The notes below the pieces were generated by a model, which was not told the origin of the DNA, did not search any database, and was given only the letters and a program-made list of their open reading frames with translations. Position numbers and translations under genes: made by a program. Of a DNA stretch of 64,000 nucleotides, positions 10,839 through 20,991 are shown piece after piece (position 1 is the stretch's first letter; each line of letters opens with the position of its first letter). Location of the stretch: NCBI GenBank assembly GCA_963717465.1, contig OY970340.1, positions 2,304,001 to 2,368,000 on the forward strand, in the 5' to 3' direction. This DNA comes from Candidatus Bathyarchaeota archaeon. Its GTDB lineage: Archaea; Thermoproteota; Bathyarchaeia; Bathyarchaeales; Bathycorpusculaceae.

Positions 10839-11826
10839 TCAAGAAACCTTGCAAACAAGCCTTTCATTTGATATTTCGAGGTTTAGCTGCATCTTTAGAT
10901 CCTTGTATCTGTTTCTAACGGTGACTTCTGTGACTCCGGCTGCTTCTGCGATGTCTTTTTGGGTTTTTTTCTCGTTGTTTTGTAAGCATGCAATGTATAA
11001 TGCGGCGGCTGCTAATCCCATCGGGTCTTTTCCTGCAGCAGCACGTTTTCGTCTAGCCTCTCTAAGAATTGCTATGGCGTCGCCTTGTGTTTTGCCTGAT
11101 ATTTCATTTTTTTCAGCGATTTTTGAAACGTATGTCAACGGATCAGCAAGTGGCATGTGAACATCGAGCTCTTGCAACAGCATTCTATAGCAGTGTGCAA
11201 CATCTTTTTTGAGGGCAAGACTTGCTTCTGCGATTTCGCGTAAGTGTTCTGGGTGTTCCGCTTCCGCGGCAAGCAACATAAAGTGCAGCTGCAGCTATGG
11301 CGTTGATTGATCTTCCTCGGACTAAGCCTTTGTCTAGTGCTTTGCGGTAAATAACAGCCGCTTTTTCCTTGATTGGTGGTGAGATGTTAGCTTGGCTTGA
11401 TAAACGTTCAAGTTCATTCATGGCTTGAGCTAAGTTTCTGTCTATGGATGAGTGTACTCGACTGCGTATTTGCCATTTTCTCAGACGCCACATTAGCAGC
11501 CTGGTTGCAAGGGGCAGTTTTCTTCCTAATGAATCTCTATCAATTTGACTGATGGTTGTGGATAATCCTTTGTCATGAATTGAATAGGAGGTTGGGAGAC
11601 CCACGCGGCTTCTTGATGTTTTCTCTTGCTGGGTATAAGCTCGCCACTCTGGTCCCTTATCTAACATCTGCTCATATAAAACAAGACCGCAGTCCCCGCA
11701 GATGGTTTCACCCGTGTCGTAATCGTGAACGCGATTTTTACTTGTGCATTCTGGGCACATATCAACTAATTGTTCAGGTTGTTTAGGAATTTTTTGCGTT
11801 ATAATCATTTTTCTAACTCCAATCAT
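10839..11826 (-). CDS. tfb: Transcription initiation factor IIB paralog, 1-nt frameshift near 11242
   Basis: CPEC..CGDCG Zn ribbon, GPEWRA, cyclin repeats, VTEVTVRNRY. ACA CTT ACG C versus ACA CTA CGC in the intact paralog shows one extra T. Confidence 0.9.
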
Positions 11827-12186
11827 TTGCCCAGAATCTTCACCGAATAATCCAATCCCGTTTTAGGGGCTTAGAAAAGTGTACATGCGACCCGCGCATC
11901 TAAACATATCAAGGTACCCATCATATAACTCTTTGCTGTTGATTTGCGGTAATCCCCATCGTGTTCATAACTGTTGTAAACGCTCGTATAAGAAAAAATA
12001 TTATCGAGTTACCTATTCGTATTATTGAGGTAAAGGCGGTTCAGTGCCAAAGACTTTGCACCATTGCTTCTTGGTTTCCATGGACCATTCAAGTGCTACC
12101 GGATCAGTCTCAGATAATGAGCCAACTATGCCCTTGCCACTAGCTCGTTTACTTGCTTGGGATTGCCAGGGTATTTCTATCTGATT

Positions 12187-12306
12187 TCAGAAGAATACGT
12201 TTCTGCTGTCGCTAAAACACTCAAAGAAGCACTAAAACTAACCGATGCAGGATTTGAATACATCACCGATTGGGAAAACGTCAAAATCTACAGAAAACGC
12301 AAATAA
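12187..12306 (+). pseudogene. C-terminal remnant of a tyrosine recombinase/integrase
   Basis: Frame reads SEEYVSAVAKTLKEALKLTDAGFEYITDWENVKIYRKRK*. This resembles the C-terminal tail I recall from Bathyarchaeia site-specific integrases. No catalytic domain upstream; it lies just 5' of a tRNA. Confidence 0.6.
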
Positions 12307-12393
12307 GCATAAGGAGCTTAAAGAAACGCAAATAAAGAAGCATGCAGATTAACATCGCCAGACTAACTCTCAAAGAGGCCTAGTCTAGCATGT

Positions 12394-12504
12394 GCGGTCG
12401 TAGTCTAGTTTGGTCTAGGACATCAAGGTGATAAGTTCAAGTCTTTATCGCCGTGTAAGCCTGCCACGCTGACGACCCGGGTTCAAATCTCGGCGACCGC
12501 ACCA
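12394..12504 (+). tRNA. tRNA-Gly(GCC) with 33-nt intron (12426-12458) at position 29/30; CCA encoded
   Basis: Acceptor stem GCGGTCG/CGACCGC. After splicing, anticodon stem TCAGC/GCTGA with loop CT-GCC-AC. T-loop TTCAAAT. Bulge-helix-bulge at the splice junctions. Confidence 0.95.
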
Positions 12505-12849
12505 TCCCATTTAATTTCTAATGATCTTGCACGGTTTCTAACAGTATTTTTATAATAAGCATGTAAAACCAACGACGACAAACAATCGTTTAAGCCAAGA
12601 AAAAAACGCGAAACCAGGATTTGTTAACTTTGACAATAGGGAATGCAGTTAAGAATCAGGTGACAAAATGATGGTTAAGGTTACCATGTTAACCATTGAG
12701 TGATGAAAAGTAGTGGTCAAGAAAATAAGGTTTCTAAAATTCGTTAATTGCCTATATTGATTTTTTCTTATAATAAAAAATTGTGTGATATCGACACAAA
12801 ACTTATCTCTTGTATGAGCACTATAATAAAACTGACTTTGGTGAATTAA

Positions 12850-13035
12850 ATGAGATGCATTTATTTAGAAAGGGGCGATTATTGTACAGCTAGCCCGTTT
12901 GAAGTAACAATTGAAACAAATTATTACAAGCCTGAACCTGAAATTTTGAGTAAATATTGCAAAACGGAAAGTTTTAGGTCATGCCCTCGAGGTATAGCGA
13001 TACAGGAACATCTAAAGGCCCAGAATAAAAAATAG
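12850..13035 (+). CDS. Small Cys-containing hypothetical protein
   Basis: GGTGA SD, ATG start, four Cys (C..C..YC..CP). Confidence 0.6.
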   Translation: MRCIYLERGDYCTASPFEVTIETNYYKPEPEILSKYCKTESFRSCPRGIAIQEHLKAQNKK

Positions 13036-13340
13036 GGCCTAGAAAATTAGCAAAGAGAATAATTATCCTACGGCAATTAACAGAAAAAGTAATGCCTTGA
13101 TAAGTTAACAGAACCTGAAAAAAGAAGGGTTTATCTAAAGAACAATTAACGGCAAAAACTTTATGAGAAAAAGTTAATAGAGCCTGAAACCATAATATTT
13201 ATATATTAAATCTTTTAATATTGAAACCATAAGCCTTATATAGTATGAGCGTTACTTTGCTTAGTTTGCGCGGGCCGAATGTACTGTTTTCTTAAGCCTA
13301 AAGGGCTAACAAAGTGACGGTTCTACGCACATGAAAAGGA

Positions 13341-14288
13341 GTGGAAAAATTGAGCAAAAAAGAACCTAAAACTCAACAGCGCCTTGCGGACAAATGTCCA
13401 GAATGTGGTAGTGAAAACTTGGTTCATGATTATGATACTGGTGAAACTGTATGCGGTGATTGCGGCCTAGTTCTTTACGAGCAAATGATGGATAAGGGAC
13501 CAGAATGGAGAGCTTTCACTCAAGAAGAAAAAGCGTCAAGAAGTCGAGTTGGAGTTCCAACTTCATATTCAGTTCACGATAAAGGATTATCAACGGCAAT
13601 CAGTCAAGTAGATCGGGACGCTTTCGGAAGAAAACTGCCATTATCTACGCGATTGCAAATGTGGCGTCTGAGAAAATGGCAAATACGCAGTCGAGTACAC
13701 TCATCCATAGACAGAAACTTAGCTCAAGCCATGGCTGAACTAGACAGGTTATCCGACAAAGTTTACATACCGCCCCCAATTAAGGAAAAAGCCGCAGTTG
13801 TATACCGCAAAGCACTAGACAAAGGCTTAGTCCGAGGAAGATCAATAGCGGCAATTGCTGCAGCTTCTCTATACGCTGCTTGCCGCGGAAGCGGAACACC
13901 CAGAACACTACGCGAAATCGCAGAAGCAAGTTTAGTCGATAAAAAAGATGTCGCACGATGTTACAGACTTTTGCTACGCGAACTTGAAGTACATATGCCG
14001 ATTGCTGACCCATTAACGTATGTTTCAAAAATCGCTGAAAAAACTGGAATATCAGGCAAAACACAAGGAGCCGCGATTCAAATTCTTAGAGAGGCTAGAC
14101 GAAAACGTGCTGCTGCAGGAAAAGACCCGATGGGATTAGCAGCCGCCGCATTATACATTGCATGCTTACAAAACAACGAGAAAAAAACCCAAAAAGACAT
14201 CGCAGAAGCAGCCGGAGTCACAGAAGTCACCGTTAGAAACCGCTATAAAACACTCAAAAAACAATTAAATCTCGAATTGCCAGATTAA
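13341..14288 (+). CDS. tfb: Transcription initiation factor IIB (intact)
   Basis: Zn ribbon CPECGS..CGDCG, GPEWRAF B-reader, two cyclin folds, GKDPMGLAAAALY, VTEVTVRNRY. Confidence 0.97.
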   Translation: MEKLSKKEPKTQQRLADKCPECGSENLVHDYDTGETVCGDCGLVLYEQMMDKGPEWRAFTQEEKASRSRVGVPTSYSVHDKGLSTAISQVDRDAFGRKLPLSTRLQMWRLRKWQIRSRVHSSIDRNLAQAMAELDRLSDKVYIPPPIKEKAAVVYRKALDKGLVRGRSIAAIAAASLYAACRGSGTPRTLREIAEASLVDKKDVARCYRLLLRELEVHMPIADPLTYVSKIAEKTGISGKTQGAAIQILREARRKRAAAGKDPMGLAAAALYIACLQNNEKKTQKDIAEAAGVTEVTVRNRYKTLKKQLNLELPD

Positions 14289-14513
14289 GCGATCGATCCT
14301 TATTCTTATTCTTTTTTAAGTTCCAAAACTACTGGTCCAAGTCAATCTTGGTCTTCTTAAACGTCATCAAAATGCGTAAAATGCTTGAAGGCTAACCATT
14401 TTGGAAAGTTTTAAGAAAGAAATCTTCGATAGTCTTCGATATTCTACCTGATTAAGTATTTTACATACTTTACCCATTTTTTGATATTGGACTCTTGCTA
14501 CGCGACAAAACGT

Positions 14514-14822
14514 TTATTGCAGCTCAATGTTTTCTTCTGGATAACCAGTTTTAATGAGGAATTCTCGTACTCTATCCCTGTGGTCTCCTTGCAGCATGAT
14601 TAAACCATTTTTACTTGTTCCACCGCAAGCGCAATAAGTTTTAAGCTTCTGGGCAACGTTTGACAGATTTGAGTTTTTATCATCTATACCATCAATTATA
14701 GTGGTTGGTCTGCCAAATTTCCTCGTTTCAAGCCTGATGCGAATTCTCTGCTGTTCCTTCTCAATTTCGCCACAAACGCATAAGTCCTTAGGAAGCCCGC
14801 ATGTTGCACAAACTTCGGCCAT
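14514..14822 (-). CDS. Translation initiation factor aIF-1 / SUI1
   Basis: MAEVCATCGLPKDLCVC...LKTYCACGGT...LQGDHR. The real start is likely ATG 14822. Confidence 0.95.
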   Translation of the reverse strand: MAEVCATCGLPKDLCVCGEIEKEQQRIRIRLETRKFGRPTTIIDGIDDKNSNLSNVAQKLKTYCACGGTSKNGLIMLQGDHRDRVREFLIKTGYPEENIELQ

Positions 14823-15145
14823 TAATCTCACCACTGAATTAGCAACTGCGGTATATAAGAGTTTCAAGCCGCCTGCGAAACTACCAAGGCACATACACTT
14901 AAACAATCTAACTCCTAAACCTAATATCCAAATACGGTTATGTAGCTTCAATTAATGGAGAATTCAAGGGAAGAGTATCGCTTGAAGATCCTTTAGAATA
15001 AGCACGATTTGGTTCAATGATTACCCATAGAACTTCGTGTCTAAGAATAAGGCTTATAAAAAGAAAATTTAGATTAAGCGAAGAAACGCGAAGACTAAAC
15101 TTAAATACTTTTACTTAAACTAAAGTGGCATGCATCCATTGCTTT

Positions 15146-15222
15146 GCCGCCGTAGCTCAGCCCGGTAGAGCGGCTGGCTGTTAACCAGTCGGTCAAAGGT
15201 TCAAGTCCTTTCGGCGGCGCCA
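15146..15222 (+). tRNA. tRNA-Asn(GTT); CCA encoded
   Basis: GCCGCCG/CGGCGGC acceptor stem, GCTGG-CT-GTT-AA-CCAGT anticodon arm, GGTTCAAGTCC T arm; TATA-like TTAAATA at 15101. Confidence 0.97.
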
Positions 15223-15584
15223 CCATGTGGGTGAAAAGGCACTGTTTCTTTGGGCTATTTCCTCTTCAGTTATCTTTTAAATGGTTAAACGCGACCATTG
15301 CTTAAAGAAACTATTTTGTATATCAAGTAGTCGCTACAAATTGTTACCATGGTAAATTTCTTGCTAAATGAAATATTCATCTATTTTTATTCGTAGTTAC
15401 TAGTGGCTCTTCCCCTAAAAAATGAAATCAAATTCGTCCAAAGCAAATCAAAAAGTAGAAAATGCGACTTTCTGTCGAGTCTGATCAGAGAAAGGGGAAG
15501 AAACTAAGAATATGCACAAGCTATCCCATTAAGTTCGCAAAAGTTTTAAGTATCTAAATGAACGCTTGTTTATGGGGTGAATTT

Positions 15585-15944
15585 TTGGTTAAATTTGGAA
15601 CTTTGGAGTATTATAAACGATGGGCTGATGCCATAAACAAGGATAAAACAGTTTCTGAGTCAGGTATGACTATTACAACACTTAATATCTTCACTGATGT
15701 TGGAAAAGCATTTTTCATGAAATATGAAAATGGCAAAGTGACAGAAGTTAGGGAAGCTAAGTCTGATGAGAACGCTGATTTCGTTACCAGAACCACTTAT
15801 GCCATGTTCAAGGGAATTGCAAAAGGTGATGTTGATCCACAACAGACTAAACCGAAGTTCAATATAGAGAAGGCAATGATGTACATGGAAGCCTTAGGCC
15901 GTATACAGGAAATTGCCAGAGAAATGGAAGATGTGCAATATTAA
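15585..15944 (+). CDS. SCP2-like lipid-carrier protein (paralog of 5600-5995)
   Basis: VKFGTLEYYKRWADAINKD...ADFVTRTTYAMFKGIAKGDVDP, ending in DVQY (DVEY in the paralog). GGGGTGA SD before TTG 15585. Confidence 0.7.
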   Translation: MVKFGTLEYYKRWADAINKDKTVSESGMTITTLNIFTDVGKAFFMKYENGKVTEVREAKSDENADFVTRTTYAMFKGIAKGDVDPQQTKPKFNIEKAMMYMEALGRIQEIAREMEDVQY

Positions 15945-16080
15945 TCAGCCTTTTTTTACCCATTTTTAAACCAGTATATTGCGTGATTTTCAGAACAAGC
16001 AATCCTTGAGAGCTGCTTTTAGTAGAAAAGTGGCTCTTTTTCTTTGCCGAAACCTTCTTACCTTGCTAGAAAAACAGGTA

Positions 16081-16620
16081 TTATTTTTCAAATACTTTCT
16101 GAAGGGAAAAAGATTTCATAATATTGATTCCGTATTTGATGTCGACAACAAAATACTGGAGGTCACAGAAGACAGGATTCATAACTTCTCGAAATTTAAG
16201 AAGAAAGATGGAAAAGTCCATGTAATTTCTGTGAACAGACAAAATTATGTTGCTAGCTGATCCTTCGCCTAATGCAGAAAAAATTATGGAGTTCTGGTTT
16301 TTTAGCCATTCTTTACCGTTTTCAATTGTCTCAGCAGTTGGAGCTTTACTCCAAGTTTGAAAAATAAAAGCGATTATTTCAAACCCCATTTTTTCAAAAT
16401 CAGGTATTACAGTGTACTGTTTTATATAACCTTCTTTTTCTAAAAAAGTCCGCCTTTTAGTTATGGTTGTCTGGGAAAGATTTAATTTCTTACCTATCTC
16501 CAGATCACTTCTTCTGGAATTTCTGATTAATTCGAACAATAATCTTAATTTCTCATTTTCCTTACTATCAAATATATGATTCCTGCTATCAAAAGGATAA
16601 TTACGTTCGTTCTTTAGCAA
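16081..16620 (-). CDS. Lrp/AsnC-family transcriptional regulator
   Basis: NSRRSDLEIGKKLNLSQTTITKRRTFLEKEGYIKQYTVIPDFEKMG winged HTH. Confidence 0.88.
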   Translation of the reverse strand: MLKNERNYPFDSRNHIFDSKENEKLRLLFELIRNSRRSDLEIGKKLNLSQTTITKRRTFLEKEGYIKQYTVIPDFEKMGFEIIAFIFQTWSKAPTAETIENGKEWLKNQNSIIFSALGEGSASNIILSVHRNYMDFSIFLLKFREVMNPVFCDLQYFVVDIKYGINIMKSFSLQKVFEK

Positions 16621-17034
16621 GCCAACTCCCCACCCAACAATGTACTCTCATCTCAAGCTAATATACATAATGAATTTAAAAAGCAAAAATGCATTTTCCT
16701 TCGAATTTCAAAGCTTTATTGATAAAAAACAACTGCGATACTGGAAATTATCCGTAAATCAATCCAGAAGATTTTAAAAAATGAGCTTCCCATATGTTGT
16801 CCACGCTATAACTAATGGGAAAACAGAGATTATGACTGAATTTCAAAAAATTACTTACACTTTCTGTAGCACCCAGCCGACGCCATCTGATAAAGACAAT
16901 CAACCATGGCAAAGTTACAAAGGTCCAGAAGAACGCTTGTGCAATCTTCTCGAAATGCATTATGCATTTTATAGCTGTCATAATCGTGCTCCCAAAAAGT
17001 TATAAAAATAATAGAAAATATGGGTGAATAAAAT

Positions 17035-18529
17035 ATGCCGAGAACTGGAGTTACTCTACCTAATTTTGGCCTATTTAAGGTCTTGACTGACTCAGAGCTT
17101 GAGATCATTGATAACGCTGCCTATAGAATTCTGAAAAATGTTGGTGTATACATTGACGATGCTGAACTCTTGAAAATGGCGGAGAAAATGGGGTGCAATG
17201 TAGACTATGCAAAGAAGATCGCTAAAGTGACATCAGAATATACAATAAGAGAACTAGTGACCAAAGCACCAAGAAACTTCATTTTAGCCGCTAGGGATCC
17301 TGAGTGGGACATAGTCGTTGATGGACCAGGTAGAAAACAATTTTGGGCAGCCGAATGTGGCGCTACAGATAAACTTGAATGGGATGAGAATAAGAAGGCT
17401 TATAATCGAAAAAGGGCAAGTGCAAAGGAAACTCTGTATGGTGCTAAGATTGTGGATGGCATAGATGACTTCGACTTTAATCCCTACTTGTACGACGCTG
17501 CTGAAGAAGGGCAACTTGGTCTTCCATCAGAGATACACAAAATGAATGCTATGTTTCAGGGTACAGTGAAATTTGCTGCTCACGCCTGCACAACAGTCTC
17601 AAACATAACAGAACACGATTTTGTTGCCTAGATTGGGCGCAGAAGTAGCAGGAGGAGCTGAAGAACTCGTAAAGAGACCTTTATTCTGGGAGGTTTACAA
17701 CTACATAGGGACATTGGAGCTTAACAGGTTTAACGCTTGGTCGTTAAGGGCAGCAATTAACCATCATGTTCCGATAATGCCAGCCGTTACCGCTGGGGCC
17801 CCCTTAGCTGGACCTGCAATGGCTGCGGGAAACACAGCTATCCACCTCGCTGGAGATTTATTCATAATTGCCCTCCAACAATGCTATGATCCAGGTTCTG
17901 CAGCAGTTCCAAACAACATGGTTTTCACGCTCAGCCCTACTGGAGGAAAAGGTCCTATAACTGCACATGATCAATTGGGTTATGCGGCTATGAATCAGTT
18001 ATTGCATGGATTCTATCATTTACCCACATCCTGGTATGGCGGGTACGGCGATGGGAGCCTTGACGAAGTTGCTTTCAACCTTGCTTACAGAGCCATGTGG
18101 CAACAAGCAATTGGAACAGACATGATAATGCTGCAATTCCAAGGTGGAGCTTTAGATCCTAGAATGATTGTTGCCGCCGCCGAAATAGCACATCAGGGCA
18201 GATACTTCTTTGATAAATTCGATGAGATCCATCCAACACCCGAGAACCTCGCACTTGATGTTATAGAGAAAATTGGGGCTAGAGGAGCGAAATGGATGAC
18301 AAGCAAGTATAACATAGACCGCCTTAAACGTTGGGGAACGGTTTATTCCCAAGACACCCGGCCATTAGATTCTTGGCTTGCTGAGGGATCACCGTCATGG
18401 TTGTATGACCTTTGCGGTGAGAAGTTGAAGCAGTTAGAAAAGCATGAGACGAAACCTCTGCCAACCGACGTAGTGCAGCGCATGAATGCCATCGAAAAAG
18501 AAGGAGACGAAAAGCTTAAGGTGGGGTGA
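17035..18529 (+). CDS. Trimethylamine methyltransferase (MttB/MtgB) superfamily protein, non-pyrrolysine, 1-nt frameshift at ~17628
   Basis: LTDSELEIIDNAAYRILKNVGV, APRNFILAARDP, AEVAGGAEEL..RP, ENLALDVIEKIG and HETKPLP motifs. Removing one base from GTTGCCTAGATTG gives DFVARLGAEV. Confidence 0.88.
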
Positions 18530-18533
18530 TTAA

Positions 18534-19199
18534 ATGTCTGAAAAAGATCAAATTCTAGAAAAGTTAGCAAAAGCAGTATTTGAATACAATGAAGAAGATG
18601 CTATGGCGGCTGTAAAGGCTGCGCTGGATGCCAAGATCGACCCTGTGGAAGCTATAATCAAAGGTCTCAGTGTAGGCATAAACAGAGTTGGAGACATCTT
18701 TGGAAAGGGCAATTATCCAATCGCCTTTGTAATGCTATCTGGCGAGGTTTTTAGCAAGTCTTCTGATGAGCTACAAAAACATGTTCCTAAGGGTCAGCTT
18801 CCTAAGCCAATAGCCACGATGGTTATTGGAACAGTTGAAGGAGACATTCACACCTTGGGTGTAGATATTATCACTGCAATCTTTAGCGCATCAGGTTTCA
18901 AGATGCACAACCTTGGTGGAGACGTGCCAGTGGAGAAATTCATAAACAAGGCAGAGGAAGTCAACGCTGACATAATAGGAGCATCTGCACTCATGTCCAA
19001 CACAGTTCAACAGCAGAGATTCATAGCTGCCACTCTAAAAGAGAGAGGCATCAGAAACAAGTACATCTACATGGTAGGCGGCGGCGCATTCCCAGGACAG
19101 GAATTTTGCAGCGAGATCGCAGCCGACGGCTATGCAACAGATGTAACTATCGCTCTAGAAAAAGCTAAGAAACTCATCGAGAAGAAAACAGCAAATTAA
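18534..19199 (+). CDS. Methyltransferase cognate corrinoid protein (MttC/MtbC family)
   Basis: GTVEGDIHTLG B12-binding motif, IIGASALM, MVGGG; immediately downstream of the MttB-family gene. Confidence 0.93.
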   Translation: MSEKDQILEKLAKAVFEYNEEDAMAAVKAALDAKIDPVEAIIKGLSVGINRVGDIFGKGNYPIAFVMLSGEVFSKSSDELQKHVPKGQLPKPIATMVIGTVEGDIHTLGVDIITAIFSASGFKMHNLGGDVPVEKFINKAEEVNADIIGASALMSNTVQQQRFIAATLKERGIRNKYIYMVGGGAFPGQEFCSEIAADGYATDVTIALEKAKKLIEKKTAN

Positions 19200-19485
19200 T
19201 CCTTTCCTTTTTTTAGAGAGTTTTTGCTTACACTAAGGTGGATGCCTAAAAATTAATGCCATGCTATTTTTAATAGTCAAGGTAAGTAGATTTGCTTAGT
19301 GTTTCATTTCTGGTTGGCAAAAGTTTATTCAGATCAAGGACTGCGTCGATACAATTGCATAAAAGCAAATTGGTTGATTATGGTAATAGGTAATCAATGA
19401 ATAATGATAAAGAGGAAATCCCAGAAAGCGTGGAGGAAGTTAAACCTAACACTTTTCCAGCTTCCAGCTTTGCCTTTTCTAGATC

Positions 19486-20035
19486 TTGAAGCTCAACGCT
19501 TACACCGCAAGCAACAGTTTGTTACTATCGTGGAAAATCACGAAAAACCATGAAAAACAAAGTAAAGTTTTTCTGCGTAAAGTTGCTGCCAGGCAGAGAA
19601 GAGTTTGTGAGCTTCGTGAGTTAGGCTTAAAGCTCCATCAGATTCAGCAATGGATGGGTGCGGAAGGCAACGGCTGGTGGAGTCTAAAAACGTTTTAGTG
19701 ACGACTTGAAAAGTGAAACAGCTGAGGAAAGACGGGAAGAATTAGAGCGATTACAAAGCTCTGACATCCCCTTTTGCAACGACGTACACTTACGTCTTGA
19801 ATATCGCGACCGCAAAATTGAACGATTAACGCCTAGGAAAAGGCCTGAAGTTCAAGTTCAAGTCGCTAATCAGGTAAATCTTGAAAAACCTAGCGTGAAG
19901 AAAAAACTTAATGAGTAAACTATCGCCAGAGGAGCGAAAAGCAGTCTTATGTGCTGAAGAAATTCTGACGCAAGCAGAGCTGAAACTGCAAGATATGTTC
20001 TCGTTAATTAGCCATTTGCTTAGTTCGTATCACTG
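19486..20035 (+). pseudogene. Fragmented HTH protein, possibly a decayed terminase small subunit
   Basis: Three consecutive short frames read as one broken gene: RQRRVCELRELGLKLHQIQQW..SLKT / DDLKSETAEERREELERLQ / MSKLSPEERKAV. The assignment rests on context. Confidence 0.35.
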
Positions 20036-20256
20036 AATTTCTCGGTTTGGGCTATTCAGGATAGAAGATATTCTGAAAAAAGGAGAAAAGTGAATGCGCA
20101 GAATTAAGAGAAGAGGTGAAATAGCCAAGGTGCCATAAAATGGATGAGCACTCATCATGTTTGACGTGCTCCATGCCGATGTGCCAAAAATAAGAGTGGA
20201 ATCACATTAGCGAATTTCTCAATAACCTTCCAGTGGTGGGTTAGCTTGCAATCATT

Positions 20257-20991
20257 TTATTCTTTTACAGATGCTTTACGTATCCACCAGTCATCTCTAG
20301 AGCCATGCAGTTTGAGGTTGTTCATCCGGACGAAATTTAACACTGCCTTACAAACATCAGGGTGGTATAAATCAAAATCGTGCCCTCCAAGTATACCGTC
20401 TTCCTTTATCCGAGGGTAATAGTTTTTAATGTCTTCAAGTACATGGTCGAATGTATGATTAGCGTCGATATAGCAAAAGTCTAATGCAGGCAATTCACTA
20501 ACTGCCTGTTCAGATGTTTTTCTGATGAAAACAGCGTTTTTGTATTTACTTGTTAAAATTAGCATGTTTTCTAAACCACCAAGATATCGTTTCTCCATAA
20601 ATCCTGAATCATCTCTATATGGAGTATACGAGTCAATCAGATACAACGATTTACAATTTAAGTCACGTAAAATGACTTTAGCATGGCTACAAAATCCACA
20701 CCCTATTTCAGCCCCAACTATGGATTTTCTACCAAAAACGTTCAAAACATAATCAATCATGGGTCGCCTTTCAACCTTCAAAGCTGTATCATACAAGGAT
20801 GGACTAAGAACATGGATCATGGAATATCTTAATTTCTGGGTAACGTCCTTAAACCATAAACTCTTGGATTGTTTCGGACTGTTAGCTGACTGATTGAGAA
20901 TTGACAAGTTTGGGTTTGCATTGGTATCCACAGTGATAAGTGGTAAATCATTTTCGCAGATTATCTTGCTTTCGCTTCTTTCTTGCATCAT
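20257..20991 (-). CDS. Class I SAM-dependent methyltransferase (Methyltransf_24-like)
   Basis: GAEIGCGF, LYLID, DFCYIDANHT and GILGGHDF motifs. Confidence 0.85.
   Translation of the reverse strand: MMQERSESKIICENDLPLITVDTNANPNLSILNQSANSPKQSKSLWFKDVTQKLRYSMIHVLSPSLYDTALKVERRPMIDYVLNVFGRKSIVGAEIGCGFCSHAKVILRDLNCKSLYLIDSYTPYRDDSGFMEKRYLGGLENMLILTSKYKNAVFIRKTSEQAVSELPALDFCYIDANHTFDHVLEDIKNYYPRIKEDGILGGHDFDLYHPDVCKAVLNFVRMNNLKLHGSRDDWWIRKASVKE

Noticed and set aside
14823..14951. N-terminal extension of SUI1 in the ORF track
   Set aside because: Family similarity starts at MAEVC (14822), and the extension overlaps a TATA-like TTATATA promoter element.
15200..15222. tRNA-Asn 3' end as attL with a matching attR in the window
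   Set aside because: I found no second copy of the tRNA 3' sequence by eye, so island boundaries cannot be defined.
16781..17005. 74-aa ORF upstream of the MttB gene
   Set aside because: No recognisable motif or SD, and competing ORFs on the other strand; cannot be supported.
17629..17631. TAG ending the first MttB ORF as a pyrrolysine codon
   Set aside because: Read-through hits TGA within ten codons, homology continues in another frame, and the site is far upstream of the Pyl position. It is a 1-nt frameshift.
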